DNA of 26,919 nucleotides from a virus (taxonomy: Duplodnaviria; Caudoviricetes), in IMG/VR virus record IMGVR_UViG_3300045285_000046, positions 1 to 26,919 of that record. One strand, given 5' to 3'. Both the position numbers and the translations under genes were made by a program. The first letter of the stretch is position 1, and every line of letters begins with the position of its first letter. The notes under the pieces are model-generated. The model ran no database searches. It had not been told where the DNA came from and was given only the letters and a program-made list of their open reading frames with translations. Shown here one piece after another: positions 8,242 to 17,390 of this stretch.

Positions 8242-9378
8242 CTAAATCGGGATCGTGAGATTGCCTGCAACCTGCACGGTGGAAATTCCACGTACAACCG
8301 TGCCCTGGTAGCCGATGATGACCTGACGCATATCGCTCGACGGAGTTACTGAAACTCCGTAGCCAGTCGTACCGTCCGGCTGGACAATCGGAGTGATCCA
8401 AGCATTACGCTCCTGAAGCAGAGCTTCAATGCCCGACTGAATCCGCGACCGCGTTGCGTCCGTGTTTCCGAGGCGAAGGAAATTGTTGCTAAGGATGTAA
8501 TCCTTCACATCAAGGAACACCTGATCGACAATTACACGAGTGTAGAAGTTGTCGAAGGTTGCGTTTGCGAGGTACGCCGTGCGAATGTGCGTAGTTGAAA
8601 CTCCACCAGCAACCCGCGAAGGCTGAAGTGGCGAGACACCGCCCTGTAGCAAGTCCTCGTAGTCGTCAACTGCAACGCCCGCAGTCACACGACGCATGAA
8701 GATCGGACGGCCTGCCGTATCCGTCTCAATTCCCGTAAGAAGCGGAAGCGGCCATAGATCAAGGTCGTTCGACGGATCAGCGTTCTTGGCAATTTCAGCA
8801 GCAAGCACTGCCGCTGCGTAATTACCATTCTGAAGATTGCCGTCACCATCGAACACACCCGGGCCGGTAAGAACGAACCGATCAGCGTCATTCGGAGAAA
8901 TTGCCGCTGCCGCTGCGATCAAGCCAGCCTTATTGGTGCCCGAAGGCATTCCTGCAATTGCAACCTGCTTGTTGTAAACGAGGTCTGCGTTCGATGCTGA
9001 AGTTGCCAGCGCTACAAGATCGGCCTGCACAGTCGATCCCGTAAGCCGAAGACGAACATCTTCATTGGCCTCGAAAATTTCCCATGCAGTCTTACGCTGA
9101 GCAAGCGTAGGAGTCGAACCCTTTGCCGAAGCAACTGCCATTACAGGGCCAGCTCCACGGTCGAGAATTGCCCTGATGAGCGTAGAGAGTGACGAAGCCA
9201 CTCCGAACGTCGTCAAAGCCTGATCCACCCGTGAAATTACATACGGGGTATCGATGACACCAGTGCCATCGTTGTCCATCTGCCCTTCAAGCCCGATAGG
9301 CAGAAAGACGGTCGCCGTCTGACGCGGGGTAAGCGTTGAAGCGTCAATTACGGTCGGGTCAAGCAACAAACTGGACAC
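8242..9378 (-). CDS. Contractile tail sheath protein, 378 aa
   Basis: AAGGAGG SD; C-terminal sheath pattern EDLLQGGVSPL...TRVIVDQV...NTDATRSRIQSGIEALL. Confidence 0.9.
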   Translation of the reverse strand: MSSLLLDPTVIDASTLTPRQTATVFLPIGLEGQMDNDGTGVIDTPYVISRVDQALTTFGVASSLSTLIRAILDRGAGPVMAVASAKGSTPTLAQRKTAWEIFEANEDVRLRLTGSTVQADLVALATSASNADLVYNKQVAIAGMPSGTNKAGLIAAAAAISPNDADRFVLTGPGVFDGDGNLQNGNYAAAVLAAEIAKNADPSNDLDLWPLPLLTGIETDTAGRPIFMRRVTAGVAVDDYEDLLQGGVSPLQPSRVAGGVSTTHIRTAYLANATFDNFYTRVIVDQVFLDVKDYILSNNFLRLGNTDATRSRIQSGIEALLQERNAWITPIVQPDGTTGYGVSVTPSSDMRQVIIGYQGTVVRGISTVQVAGNLTIPI

Positions 9379-9388
9379 TGCTTCCTCC

Positions 9389-10009
9389 TTATCCGAGAAT
9401 CGTTATGTCGGGAACTTGCGTGTGGTCTTCGATTGTTGGAATTGGACTTGCCATCGAAAGCGGAGTACGGCTGAAGACACGAATTTCAAGCTGACAGTTG
9501 ACCATCCGGTACAGCGCCTTCTGATCGTTCTCGCTCGTATCGATCAAGAACCTCCCTCCTGAAAAGTCAGTAATTTCAAGTACGCCGTCGTCGTTGTCGC
9601 TGAACTCGCGTAGCCGCTCGATGCCTCCGTTGTTGCGACCGAACAGGAATTCCAACATCTGACGTGCCCTAGCACGCTGCGTTGTTCCTCCTGATCGATC
9701 ACTGGCCCAAATTCCAACATCCCACAGAAGCTTGTGAACACTCGCATACTGCGGAGTAATCGTTTCGTCGGTTGCGTTGTAATTGTCTGCGAACATCCCA
9801 TCGCCCAAACCGACCGGCTTGGAATCGATGTCGTCAAGTTCAAAGTGAATTACCGTTTTCTTCAGCGGCAAGAGTCCCTGATCGATGACAGCACCGGGGA
9901 ATTCCATAATTACCTCAAAAACCCCAGTGTTGATGAACGCCTCCACGTAGTCCTTCAGGACACGAGACGTAGACAGCATGAAATTCTCAGGGTCGTAAAC
10001 TTCAGTCAC
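9389..10009 (-). CDS. Putative tail terminator / completion protein, 206 aa
   Basis: Position directly before sheath; acidic alpha/beta pattern (LWDVGIWASDRSGG). Confidence 0.6.
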   Translation of the reverse strand: MTEVYDPENFMLSTSRVLKDYVEAFINTGVFEVIMEFPGAVIDQGLLPLKKTVIHFELDDIDSKPVGLGDGMFADNYNATDETITPQYASVHKLLWDVGIWASDRSGGTTQRARARQMLEFLFGRNNGGIERLREFSDNDDGVLEITDFSGGRFLIDTSENDQKALYRMVNCQLEIRVFSRTPLSMASPIPTIEDHTQVPDITILG

Positions 10010-10575
10010 GGCAATCGCCTCCCCATCAACGGCCCGGTGAACGAACCCATCCTCGGTGACTGGACGATCTGCGTAAAGCCAAAGCCATGTCCCTTGTAGA
10101 CAAAAATTTCAGACCAAATCCGGTGGAACGCTTGTGTGCTCGCCATGTAATCGAGCGTCTGCTTCAACGAGAGCCTTTGAATCGGCCGACGTACTCTCCT
10201 GCCGCCGCCAAGCCAGTTGATTCCGAACTCGATGAAATATGCCTCGCGCGAATCGTTGTAGAGCTGCCATCCGTTGCTGATCGGACGAATCTTCCAGCCC
10301 ACGTAGTACCGTCCTGAAATTCTCCGAACAGGAACCTTCCAAGCCGCATCGCTGTTTGCCCCATACGGATCGTCCGGCCCAAATGACATCTTGCGAGCCA
10401 TCCCTTGATTCACAGTCGCCATGAGCTGCGTCAAGCGCATCATGTTGGTGCGCATCTGAAATGGCACTTCTGATTCCGCCCAGCGAATTACCTCTTCGAT
10501 GGCATTGATCGTTTCCTTGGTCGGCTCAATCAGACCCGGTTGACCGCGATAGCTGTATGGAGTGAACCTAGCCAT
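10006..10575 (-). CDS. Putative neck / tail completion protein (HK97 gp10-like), 189 aa
   Basis: VPVRRISGRY...YNDSREAYFIEFG resembles the gp10-like PVxTGxL...YAxxVEFG pattern; synteny. Confidence 0.65.
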   Translation of the reverse strand: MARFTPYSYRGQPGLIEPTKETINAIEEVIRWAESEVPFQMRTNMMRLTQLMATVNQGMARKMSFGPDDPYGANSDAAWKVPVRRISGRYYVGWKIRPISNGWQLYNDSREAYFIEFGINWLGGGRRVRRPIQRLSLKQTLDYMASTQAFHRIWSEIFVYKGHGFGFTQIVQSPRMGSFTGPLMGRRLP

Positions 10576-11071
10576 TGAGAGGTACCTCCGTGAGCCGCAT
10601 GCCGACTTCCCAATGATGCCTCGGGTCGCCGGTATCAGGAGCAGCGATCAAATTTCCGGCCACGACAGCGTAGAACCGTCCGTCGTATTTCAGCCAGTCC
10701 TCTCCGCTCTGCCCCCAGTTATGGAAATCGAGAAGCTTGCCGTCCCACGACTCAGGGAACATCCCAATGTGGTCGCCCGACTGAAATTCTCCGAACATCG
10801 CCGTCATGTATTCCGGCGACATGCGTGTAGCTCGCGTTGACTGCGACGGCTGTACGAACGCCCTCACGTCCATATCAACCGTGTGCGCAGGATCGGGAAG
10901 CTTCCCATTTTCATCGCAAACAGGCTGACTCGGATTGTCCTCATGCCACTGGGGATCACGGAATCCCTCAGGCGTCAGACATGGGCATGTAATTAGTGAA
11001 TCCGCACGATGAAAGCGAACGGTTTGACCGTGCAGATTGAGCAGCCCTACGAAATCTTCTTTCGTTCCCAC
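10568..11071 (-). CDS. Putative head closure / stopper protein, 167 aa
   Basis: HGQTVRFHR...CPC...C N-terminus and WLKYDGRFYAV; position in neck cluster. Confidence 0.62.
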   Translation of the reverse strand: MGTKEDFVGLLNLHGQTVRFHRADSLITCPCLTPEGFRDPQWHEDNPSQPVCDENGKLPDPAHTVDMDVRAFVQPSQSTRATRMSPEYMTAMFGEFQSGDHIGMFPESWDGKLLDFHNWGQSGEDWLKYDGRFYAVVAGNLIAAPDTGDPRHHWEVGMRLTEVPLNG

Positions 11072-11119
11072 GGTTCCTTCCTCGGTTTGTAGTGCTGGGT
11101 TGCCGTACTAGGGGTCGTA

Positions 11120-11803
11120 CTAGGAAAGCTCGATCAGTGCGCGTGAAACGTCGAACGACTTCAGTTGCCGAACACCACCGGCAACGTTAATTTCCTCAAC
11201 GAGAAGGATGCGACTGTAATTGCGTCCCAGCTCGTTGTTCGCTAGCTCGATCATCTTGTCGATAGCTGCCCATGACTGAGTAGCTGTCGATCCTTGATCC
11301 ATCGAGACAAGGCCAGCCGTCCACTTCTGCTGCGTGCCGCCTGTAATTAGGCGCAACGTATACGCCCTTGCGAGCGTCAGCAACGTGAGTCCGGACAAAA
11401 TCTTCGGAGTTGCTTCTGACGACGGAACGGAATACGGATCGTCCACCATGAAATACTGCGACACCGCTGCTTCTGCTTCCTGTCCTGCAACAAGCGGATT
11501 GATGAGCGGGTCGCGGAGGATCGTCCTGTCCATCACTTGCGCAACGATGGTGATTGTCCCGCCCTGAATCGGAGCAGAGTACGGGGTGAAATTGCCGTTG
11601 GAATCTGCCCAACGAATGCGGAACCAATCATTCCCGCTGGTAACACCTGTCACATCTGCATCACGAATGTAATTCGGATACGTTCCAGCCGGAATTGTCG
11701 CCTTCTCCGTATAGACGCCCAACATCGAAGATGCCTCTTCAACGCGCAAAGAGATGATGTTGTCTTCGTCGGGCGGCAGAAATTCTAGGTGGACTGCTGC
11801 CAT
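11120..11803 (-). CDS. Putative head-tail adaptor with N-terminal Ig/FN3-like domain, 227 aa
   Basis: Beta-rich N-half (WFRIRWADSNGNFTPYSAP), helical C-half with KWTAGLVSM; first neck gene. Confidence 0.55.
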   Translation of the reverse strand: MAAVHLEFLPPDEDNIISLRVEEASSMLGVYTEKATIPAGTYPNYIRDADVTGVTSGNDWFRIRWADSNGNFTPYSAPIQGGTITIVAQVMDRTILRDPLINPLVAGQEAEAAVSQYFMVDDPYSVPSSEATPKILSGLTLLTLARAYTLRLITGGTQQKWTAGLVSMDQGSTATQSWAAIDKMIELANNELGRNYSRILLVEEINVAGGVRQLKSFDVSRALIELS

Positions 11804-13618
11804 TTAGCTCACCCTTTCCAGCGTCGGCTGATCGTATTCCGTGGCCGTTAGTGCTGCGGGATTGTAACCAGTCATTGTAATTCTTGGAGTTGTCTTACCG
11901 TAGACCAAGTACCCGTGCTGTAGACCACCACTGACCGTTGATGTGGCGAAAACTCCACCATGAATTACAAACTTTCTACTGAGCTTGCCCGAGACATGCG
12001 ACGTGGCAAAGACTACACCATGAAGATGACGAATTCTTGCAAGCTTTCCGGTGACTGTCGAGGCGGCGATAATTTCACCCTTAATCGGCCGCTTCATCAC
12101 CGTATGGCCGGTTACGTGCGAAGTAGCTGTAATTACTCCACGGATTCCGCGCTTCGCAACAAAGTGGCCGCTGACGGTGCTCGTTGAATGAATCAGGCCA
12201 GTGAAATGCCTGATCCTGATGAGATGCCCGGACAAAGTAGAAGTCGCAGTGATAACTCCTGAAATCTTCTTCCGCGCCGTTACACGCCCTGTGACAGTCG
12301 AGGTAGCAAGGATGATCCCCCTCATCCCAAGCTTGATAACTACCCCGCTCATCGTAGACGTGGCTGAAATTGCTCCACCGATACGAGCGATCTTGCGAAC
12401 CTTCCCGCTGACGGTCGATGTAGCAGTGATTGCGCCAGAAATACGACGGAGAGCTACAACCTTGCCGCTTACGGTGGACGTTGCTGAAATTGCCCCACTG
12501 ATCTGCCGAAGTGCTGTCACCTTGCCACTGACTGTGGAAGTCGCGCTAATGACTCCGGTGAAGTGACGGATTCTCCCGATTGCGCCCGAACACGTAGAAG
12601 TAGCTGAAATTATCGTGGTCGGCTTGATTAGCTTCTTTGCTGTGACCGAACCACTGACGGTCGCCGTAGCTGCAACAGCCGCACCTGAAATCTTCCCGCC
12701 AATACGGATAGAACCGCTGACAATCGAAGTGGCCGCAACTGCGCCCGAAATCTTGTGAGTGGCCTTGACCGAACCCGAGACGGTCGAAGTCGCTGAAATT
12801 GCCGCTGGAACGACCGGCCTAGCCGCAATAAACGATCCTGAGACGGTTGAAGTGGCTGAGATAGCCCCTCCGACGCGATGTATGGCCGTTACAGCCCCCG
12901 AAACGGTCGAGGTAGCCGATACTGCCCCTCCGATGCGAGCGAGCTTTACAACGCGCCCTGCGACCGTGCTCGTAGCGCTGATTGCGGCCGGTGTGATGGG
13001 CCTCGCAGCGATGAAGGAGCCAGAGACGGTGCTTGTCGCTGAAATTGCACCGCTGACCTTGTGAATGGCCTTTACGCTGCCTGAGCACGTCGAGGTAGCA
13101 GCGATGGCTGCCGGGGTGATGAATTTCACACGAAGGATGGAACCGCTTACCGTACTCGTCGCAGCAATCGCTCCACCGAGGATATGAGTTGCCCTAACTG
13201 CGCCAGAGACAGTAGCCGTTGCTGAAATTGCTGCCGGGAGAATCTTCTTAACGCGGAGGATCGAACCCGACACAGTTGAGGTAGCTGCAACCGCTCCGCC
13301 AATCTTCGCAGTCTTCGCAACCGATCCGCTGACCGTTGATGTTGCTGAAATTGTGGTAGGTACAATCGGCTTGGCACGAATGACCGTACCGCTAACAGTT
13401 GAAGTAGCGGCTACTGCACCTGAAATCTTCGCGGTCTTTGCAACACTGCCTGTAACCGTGCTTGTCGCAGCAATGCTCGTAGTTGGACTGATGTTGCGAA
13501 GCCGTTGGATCGAACCTGCAACTGTAGAAGTAGCTGAAATTCCGGCAGGCGTAATTGCCTGTATCCCAGCGGAGGCGGGAAGAAGCTCAACTAAATGACG
13601 TGTGGCGAATGTCGTCAT
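11804..13618 (-). CDS. Repetitive fibre-like virion protein, 604 aa
   Basis: ATG at 13618 (TAATG overlap); 27 copies of a 19-22 aa unit with core ISATSTVSG. Confidence 0.8.
   Translation of the reverse strand: MTTFATRHLVELLPASAGIQAITPAGISATSTVAGSIQRLRNISPTTSIAATSTVTGSVAKTAKISGAVAATSTVSGTVIRAKPIVPTTISATSTVSGSVAKTAKIGGAVAATSTVSGSILRVKKILPAAISATATVSGAVRATHILGGAIAATSTVSGSILRVKFITPAAIAATSTCSGSVKAIHKVSGAISATSTVSGSFIAARPITPAAISATSTVAGRVVKLARIGGAVSATSTVSGAVTAIHRVGGAISATSTVSGSFIAARPVVPAAISATSTVSGSVKATHKISGAVAATSIVSGSIRIGGKISGAAVAATATVSGSVTAKKLIKPTTIISATSTCSGAIGRIRHFTGVISATSTVSGKVTALRQISGAISATSTVSGKVVALRRISGAITATSTVSGKVRKIARIGGAISATSTMSGVVIKLGMRGIILATSTVTGRVTARKKISGVITATSTLSGHLIRIRHFTGLIHSTSTVSGHFVAKRGIRGVITATSHVTGHTVMKRPIKGEIIAASTVTGKLARIRHLHGVVFATSHVSGKLSRKFVIHGGVFATSTVSGGLQHGYLVYGKTTPRITMTGYNPAALTATEYDQPTLERVS
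11927..13540 (-). repeat. 27 degenerate ~60-bp coding tandem repeats ([I/V]xATSTVSG core)
   Basis: Counted by hand in the translation; synonymous codons vary between units. Confidence 0.9.
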
Positions 13619-14163
13619 TAGAAACCTGACGCCGCCCTTGTAATTCCACAGAGAACCGGGCCTACAGTCAACGGTGCAGTAGCGAACGTTGCCGGATTTG
13701 GTAGTGCAACCGCGCCGACCGCCTGTGAAAGAATTCCACACAAGGCTGCTTGTCCGGCAGTTGGCAACACAATCCCGAACGCGGCGGTTGTAGTGCCGGA
13801 GCAATTCCAGGCGAAGTAGTAATCACCCGCGTCGAGAACGAACGGCGTTCCGGGAGTCACAAATTGCGGCGCAGACGCTCCTGACGTGACAGTCGAGCCG
13901 GTGCTGAAAATGCGTGCGCCGCTCATTGTGTAAATTCCGAAGTCGGCGTTGTTGGCAACCGTAGCACCGTTCACCCACCAAACACGCTTGACCGGGTACG
14001 GGAACGGTATTGAAATTGGCATGTAGATGGCTTGGTTGGCAACCCAAGTCATCGAAGCGGGCGGGGCAGCAGTGATGTGGAAGTGAACGTCGTTGCTGAT
14101 TCCGTATTTCATCCACGGATGAATGAACTGCGGTAGAACAGCCGGGTTCGGAAAATCAGTCAT
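13618..14163 (-). CDS. Beta-sandwich virion protein, paralog B, 181 aa
   Basis: Start MTDFPNPAV (ATGA overlap); alignable by eye with the adjacent gene. Confidence 0.75.
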   Translation of the reverse strand: MTDFPNPAVLPQFIHPWMKYGISNDVHFHITAAPPASMTWVANQAIYMPISIPFPYPVKRVWWVNGATVANNADFGIYTMSGARIFSTGSTVTSGASAPQFVTPGTPFVLDAGDYYFAWNCSGTTTAAFGIVLPTAGQAALCGILSQAVGAVALPNPATFATAPLTVGPVLCGITRAASGF

Positions 14164-14717
14164 ACGACTGTGTTCCCTGTAATTACCCACATGAAAACGT
14201 TCGCAACATCCATCGCCGCGAACGTCGCCGTTGCCGGAAGTGCAATAGCACCGACCGATTGTTTTTGAATTCCACAAACTCGATTCAGTGCCACACTCAT
14301 GCCTAGCCGGAAGAACGATGCCGTTACGTTGTCGCAGTTCATAGCGAAGTAGTACGTCCCCGGCATCAGTAGAGGACTAGCCGCACCGAGGCTGATCGCC
14401 GTTGTGAAATCTATGGTCTGTAATCCTGCCGCGCCAACCGCCGTTGACCCTTTCGTAACGAGCGCCTTTCCGTTCTCAGCATAGATGCCCATGTCAAGAT
14501 TGCCCGACTGGACGGAAACACGGACGGCAGCCTTTTTCACGATCAACGGTACCTCAATCTGAAATGGCATATAGAACGCCTCGTTGATCGACGGCCAAAC
14601 AGCCGCAGTTGCAACAACGTTGCACGCGAGCGCGGCTTGACCAACCACGCAACTTTTGTCGGTCAAACTGACTTTGCCGAAATTCGGATCAACAAGAACA
14701 GTCGGAAAATCGTTCAT
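14160..14717 (-). CDS. Beta-sandwich virion protein, paralog A, 185 aa
   Basis: Start MNDFPTVL (TGATG overlap); shares YMP, DxGIY, GST, YYFAxNC, CGI, VGAxALP and ATFA with 13618-14163. Confidence 0.75.
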   Translation of the reverse strand: MNDFPTVLVDPNFGKVSLTDKSCVVGQAALACNVVATAAVWPSINEAFYMPFQIEVPLIVKKAAVRVSVQSGNLDMGIYAENGKALVTKGSTAVGAAGLQTIDFTTAISLGAASPLLMPGTYYFAMNCDNVTASFFRLGMSVALNRVCGIQKQSVGAIALPATATFAAMDVANVFMWVITGNTVV

Positions 14718-15061
14718 CAGGCAGCGAGCACTTCCCAATCAAAAGTGCGGCTTGTACCAAGTGTCTGCTTCAGTGTAAATCTCAACGATGCAGCATCAGT
14801 CAGCGCATTCATGATTGGTGGTGAAAGTGCCCCCATGTCATCCGCAGCTTGTGCGTCAAACCATGAACCCTTGTAGACGACTCTGAGAGTACCGCCTGTT
14901 TTGAAAATTTTGTAGATACGTAATTCCAACCCGTCGAGCGCCTGCATGACGGCCTTGTCTACGCCAAGCTGATAGACACCAGCTACCGCAATATCAAGCA
15001 GCGTATGCTCAGTGGTGACTGTTGCGACCTGTGAACCCGATCCTTTGACTGTTACGGCCAC
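14717..15061 (-). CDS. Small beta-rich virion protein, 114 aa
   Basis: GGGAGG SD; alternating hydrophobic strands ending LRFTLKQTLGTSRTFDWEV. Confidence 0.7.
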   Translation of the reverse strand: MAVTVKGSGSQVATVTTEHTLLDIAVAGVYQLGVDKAVMQALDGLELRIYKIFKTGGTLRVVYKGSWFDAQAADDMGALSPPIMNALTDAASLRFTLKQTLGTSRTFDWEVLAA

Positions 15062-15074
15062 TTAATTACCTCCC

Positions 15075-15121
15075 TACAGGAGCGGCCATGACAACCCGAA
15101 GTAGCCACAGCCGCTCCCGTA
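15075..15121 (-). other. Intergenic RNA hairpin (~18 bp, four G-U pairs, UUCG in loop), no U-tract
   Basis: Minus strand TACGGGAGCGGCTGTGGC-TACTTCGGGTT-GTCATGGCCGCTCCTGTA pairs fully only as minus-strand RNA. Confidence 0.75.
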
Positions 15122-15131
15122 ATTTCAGCCA

Positions 15132-15755
15132 TCAGTCCTGCGTCACCGTAATTGCATTCTGAGCCAACTGCGGCGTATCACCTGAGTTGATGGTCGTGGA
15201 CGTGACGGAGCACCATGCGTATCCGTGATCGGCGGACGTGCCCAAATTTCCATCGAGGATTCCAAGGAACGTGATCGTGTTGTTCGTACCCGTTCCCGTC
15301 GAAGTCGCAAAAGACTTCGCAGCGTCCGAAGGAAATGTCTTTGAGTACGTGGTCGTTCCCGACCCCGCCGCAAAGATCGTCGTGTTGTTCGTCAGACCAA
15401 GCCGCGCGTAACTCGTGTACGCCGACTCTGAAGCTGTATTTCCAGCGAGGGTGTCATCCAACGTCGCAGCCCACAGCCCGAAGTAAATTGTCGTTGCAGC
15501 CGTGAACGCCGTCTTGCCCCAAATGGAATCTTCAAGCGCCTTCGATGAAAAGTTCGCAAGCGAACCGCTCATCATCAGGATTCGATCCTTCAGAGGGGCT
15601 TTCAGGTACTTGTCGAAGAATTTCCGAGCGTCCTTCGGCAAATTCCCCCATGCCACTTCCAGCCCAACCTTCGTCGGATGCCAGAGTGAGTTAGGAGAAA
15701 TCAGCTTCACACGCTGCGGAAGAATTACCCCGCCCGGAGAGACTGCCAAGTCCAT
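15132..15755 (-). CDS. Virion structural protein of the widespread small 'fibre-associated' family with ~60-aa N-terminal extension, 207 aa
   Basis: MSGSLANFSSKALEDSIWG...IYFGLW...ESAYTSYAR...TITFLGILD...TINSGDTPQL...ITVTQD matches a common phage family pattern (YLAL..E..GGSYAR..TITH.GI.D..GD). Confidence 0.72.
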   Translation of the reverse strand: MDLAVSPGGVILPQRVKLISPNSLWHPTKVGLEVAWGNLPKDARKFFDKYLKAPLKDRILMMSGSLANFSSKALEDSIWGKTAFTAATTIYFGLWAATLDDTLAGNTASESAYTSYARLGLTNNTTIFAAGSGTTTYSKTFPSDAAKSFATSTGTGTNNTITFLGILDGNLGTSADHGYAWCSVTSTTINSGDTPQLAQNAITVTQD

Positions 15756-16111
15756 CAGTCGTCTCCCTTCGTGTATGCATCAGTGTGTCCCGTCACCTTC
15801 GCTGAAATTTTGTCGGCATGGAAGCGCAACCGAGTGTTGTTTTCAGCTTCGGCGTCGTAGTGCGGATCGTCCTCCGAAACAGTGTCATGGTGCGACTGTC
15901 CCGGTTCGCTGGAATCAGTGGTGCCATCGATCACAGCGAAATTCTCGTGATGACGGTCATTGTGCGACGGTTCATCTGCCTTGATGAAAACGTAGGAGCC
16001 ATCGTGGTAAGCAACCGGCTCACCCTGATTCGGCCCTTCATCTGCGAGCAAATTTCCATACCCGTCAGCCACAAGCCGCCCTTCGTACTTCCCTTTCGCC
16101 TTGTTAGGCAA
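15755..16111 (-). CDS. Acidic, His-rich hypothetical protein, 118 aa
   Basis: GAAAGGAG SD with TTG start; stop overlaps next ATG; first gene after capsid. Confidence 0.72.
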   Translation of the reverse strand: MPNKAKGKYEGRLVADGYGNLLADEGPNQGEPVAYHDGSYVFIKADEPSHNDRHHENFAVIDGTTDSSEPGQSHHDTVSEDDPHYDAEAENNTRLRFHADKISAKVTGHTDAYTKGDD

Positions 16112-16125
16112 TTTCCTCTCCTTTC

Positions 16126-16166
16126 ATTCGGGGGGCTAGGTAAGTGGCAAACCCAACCCCCCGAAT
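16126..16166 (-). terminator. Hairpin after major capsid gene (terminator or mRNA-stabilising stem)
   Basis: Minus strand ATTCGGGGGGTTGGGT-TTGCCACTT-ACCTAGCCCCCCGAAT, 16-bp stem with two G-U pairs; no U-tract. Confidence 0.65.
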
Positions 16167-16177
16167 TTCTGGACGGC

Positions 16178-17371
16178 TTAGGTCGGAGACGTTGCCAGCG
16201 TGATCTTCTGCACCGAGTTAAGAAGATCGGTGTAAAGACCGCGCCTCGCTCGACCAACTTGCTGCCCTTCCACGAGACGTGAAATATCAGCAGCACCGAC
16301 ATCGACACGCAGGTCGTGGTGTACCAGCTCTTTCATGCGCATCCGAGGAGCGATGAAATAGCACGTACCGGCAGTGACACCCGGATACGTGAACGCTGTC
16401 ACACCGTTCGTGACCGTTGCACCGTTGTAGTAGATGATCGTGTCCACGGGGACACGCCGCATTTCATTCCCCTGCGAATCGAGCACAGGAGTCAGAAGTG
16501 CATCCTCGATCTGGAACCGATCTGCCTCGTTCGCCAGAATTACAGTCGGCACACGCTGAGGCACTGCGAGAGCTGCCGTCTTGTATGCGTTCTGAAAACC
16601 TACGAGGGTGTTCGACACGAGCGTACCCGTACCGGAGACAGCCGCCGTGAGGTTGTTACCGGAGAACGTCGCAGCGATGATCGGAGAAAGATGCAAATGG
16701 TTAAGAAGGTAATTGTACGACCTTCCGAACGCACGAGCATTCATCCCGACCTGATACGACTGATCGAATTCCATCATGTCTTCCGTCCACTCAAACCCTG
16801 CGGCGTAAGTGGCAATCGGGACGAAGCTCGGTGCCCCGGCACGCGCGAGCGTACCGAAGACAACCTCTTCGCCTTCCAATTTCTGAAGGAAGACCACGTT
16901 GGCATCGAAGAGAACATCTCCACCGATCTGCACAGAACCGCCGGGGAACGGGCCATCGATCCGTTCGTAAAGCGGCTGGTAGAGAAGCGGTACGTCGGCA
17001 AGGCCCACATCAATGTCGATGCGAACCTTTTCAAGCAAGTCCATCGCACCCTGCGACGTTGTAATCATTTCCGACACGGGCTTCAGAAGCTCCACGTCAG
17101 GAAGATCCTTCTGAAATTCCGAAGGAAGACGACTCTCCATCTCGGATGCGTAGAACACTTTCACCTGATTGCCGGTGTGCGAGTGCATCACCGAAGGCGT
17201 CCAGCGACGATGCTGCTGGTCGCGTCCAGTCGAAGCGCCTGAAAAAGAACCAGGCAGCAACGGCCCGAAACGCCCGTCATGCCTGATCCGCATTTCACCG
17301 CCACGAACCTTGGTGATTTCCTTCATGGTTGGAGCCTCGGGAACGAGGACTCCTCCTTTGCTTTTTCTCAC
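16178..17371 (-). CDS. Major capsid protein (HK97 fold) with ~101-aa leader, 397 aa
   Basis: GGAGGG SD; LEGEEVVFGTL...TYAAGFEWTEDMMEFDQ...ARAFGRSYN capsid-like pattern; after decoration gene and followed by a hairpin. Confidence 0.88.
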   Translation of the reverse strand: MRKSKGGVLVPEAPTMKEITKVRGGEMRIRHDGRFGPLLPGSFSGASTGRDQQHRRWTPSVMHSHTGNQVKVFYASEMESRLPSEFQKDLPDVELLKPVSEMITTSQGAMDLLEKVRIDIDVGLADVPLLYQPLYERIDGPFPGGSVQIGGDVLFDANVVFLQKLEGEEVVFGTLARAGAPSFVPIATYAAGFEWTEDMMEFDQSYQVGMNARAFGRSYNYLLNHLHLSPIIAATFSGNNLTAAVSGTGTLVSNTLVGFQNAYKTAALAVPQRVPTVILANEADRFQIEDALLTPVLDSQGNEMRRVPVDTIIYYNGATVTNGVTAFTYPGVTAGTCYFIAPRMRMKELVHHDLRVDVGAADISRLVEGQQVGRARRGLYTDLLNSVQKITLATSPT

Positions 17372-17390
17372 TGGAATTTCCCTCCTTCCC

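Noticed and set aside
1-10009. Extracellular contractile injection system or tailocin
   Set aside because: Terminase, portal, protease and capsid are in the same operon, so this is a phage tail.
11104-11124. 9-bp direct repeat CGTACTAGG x2 at the end of the adaptor gene
   Set aside because: Short, not noticed elsewhere; insufficient for an operator or att call.
11927-13540. CRISPR array or non-coding repeat
   Set aside because: Repeats are degenerate at synonymous positions and conserved as peptide; no identical repeat-spacer structure.
13618-14717. Diversity-generating retroelement TR/VR pair or invertible cassette
   Set aside because: Similarity is protein-level and diffuse, not near-identical DNA with adenine-specific differences; no reverse transcriptase or invertase in the window.
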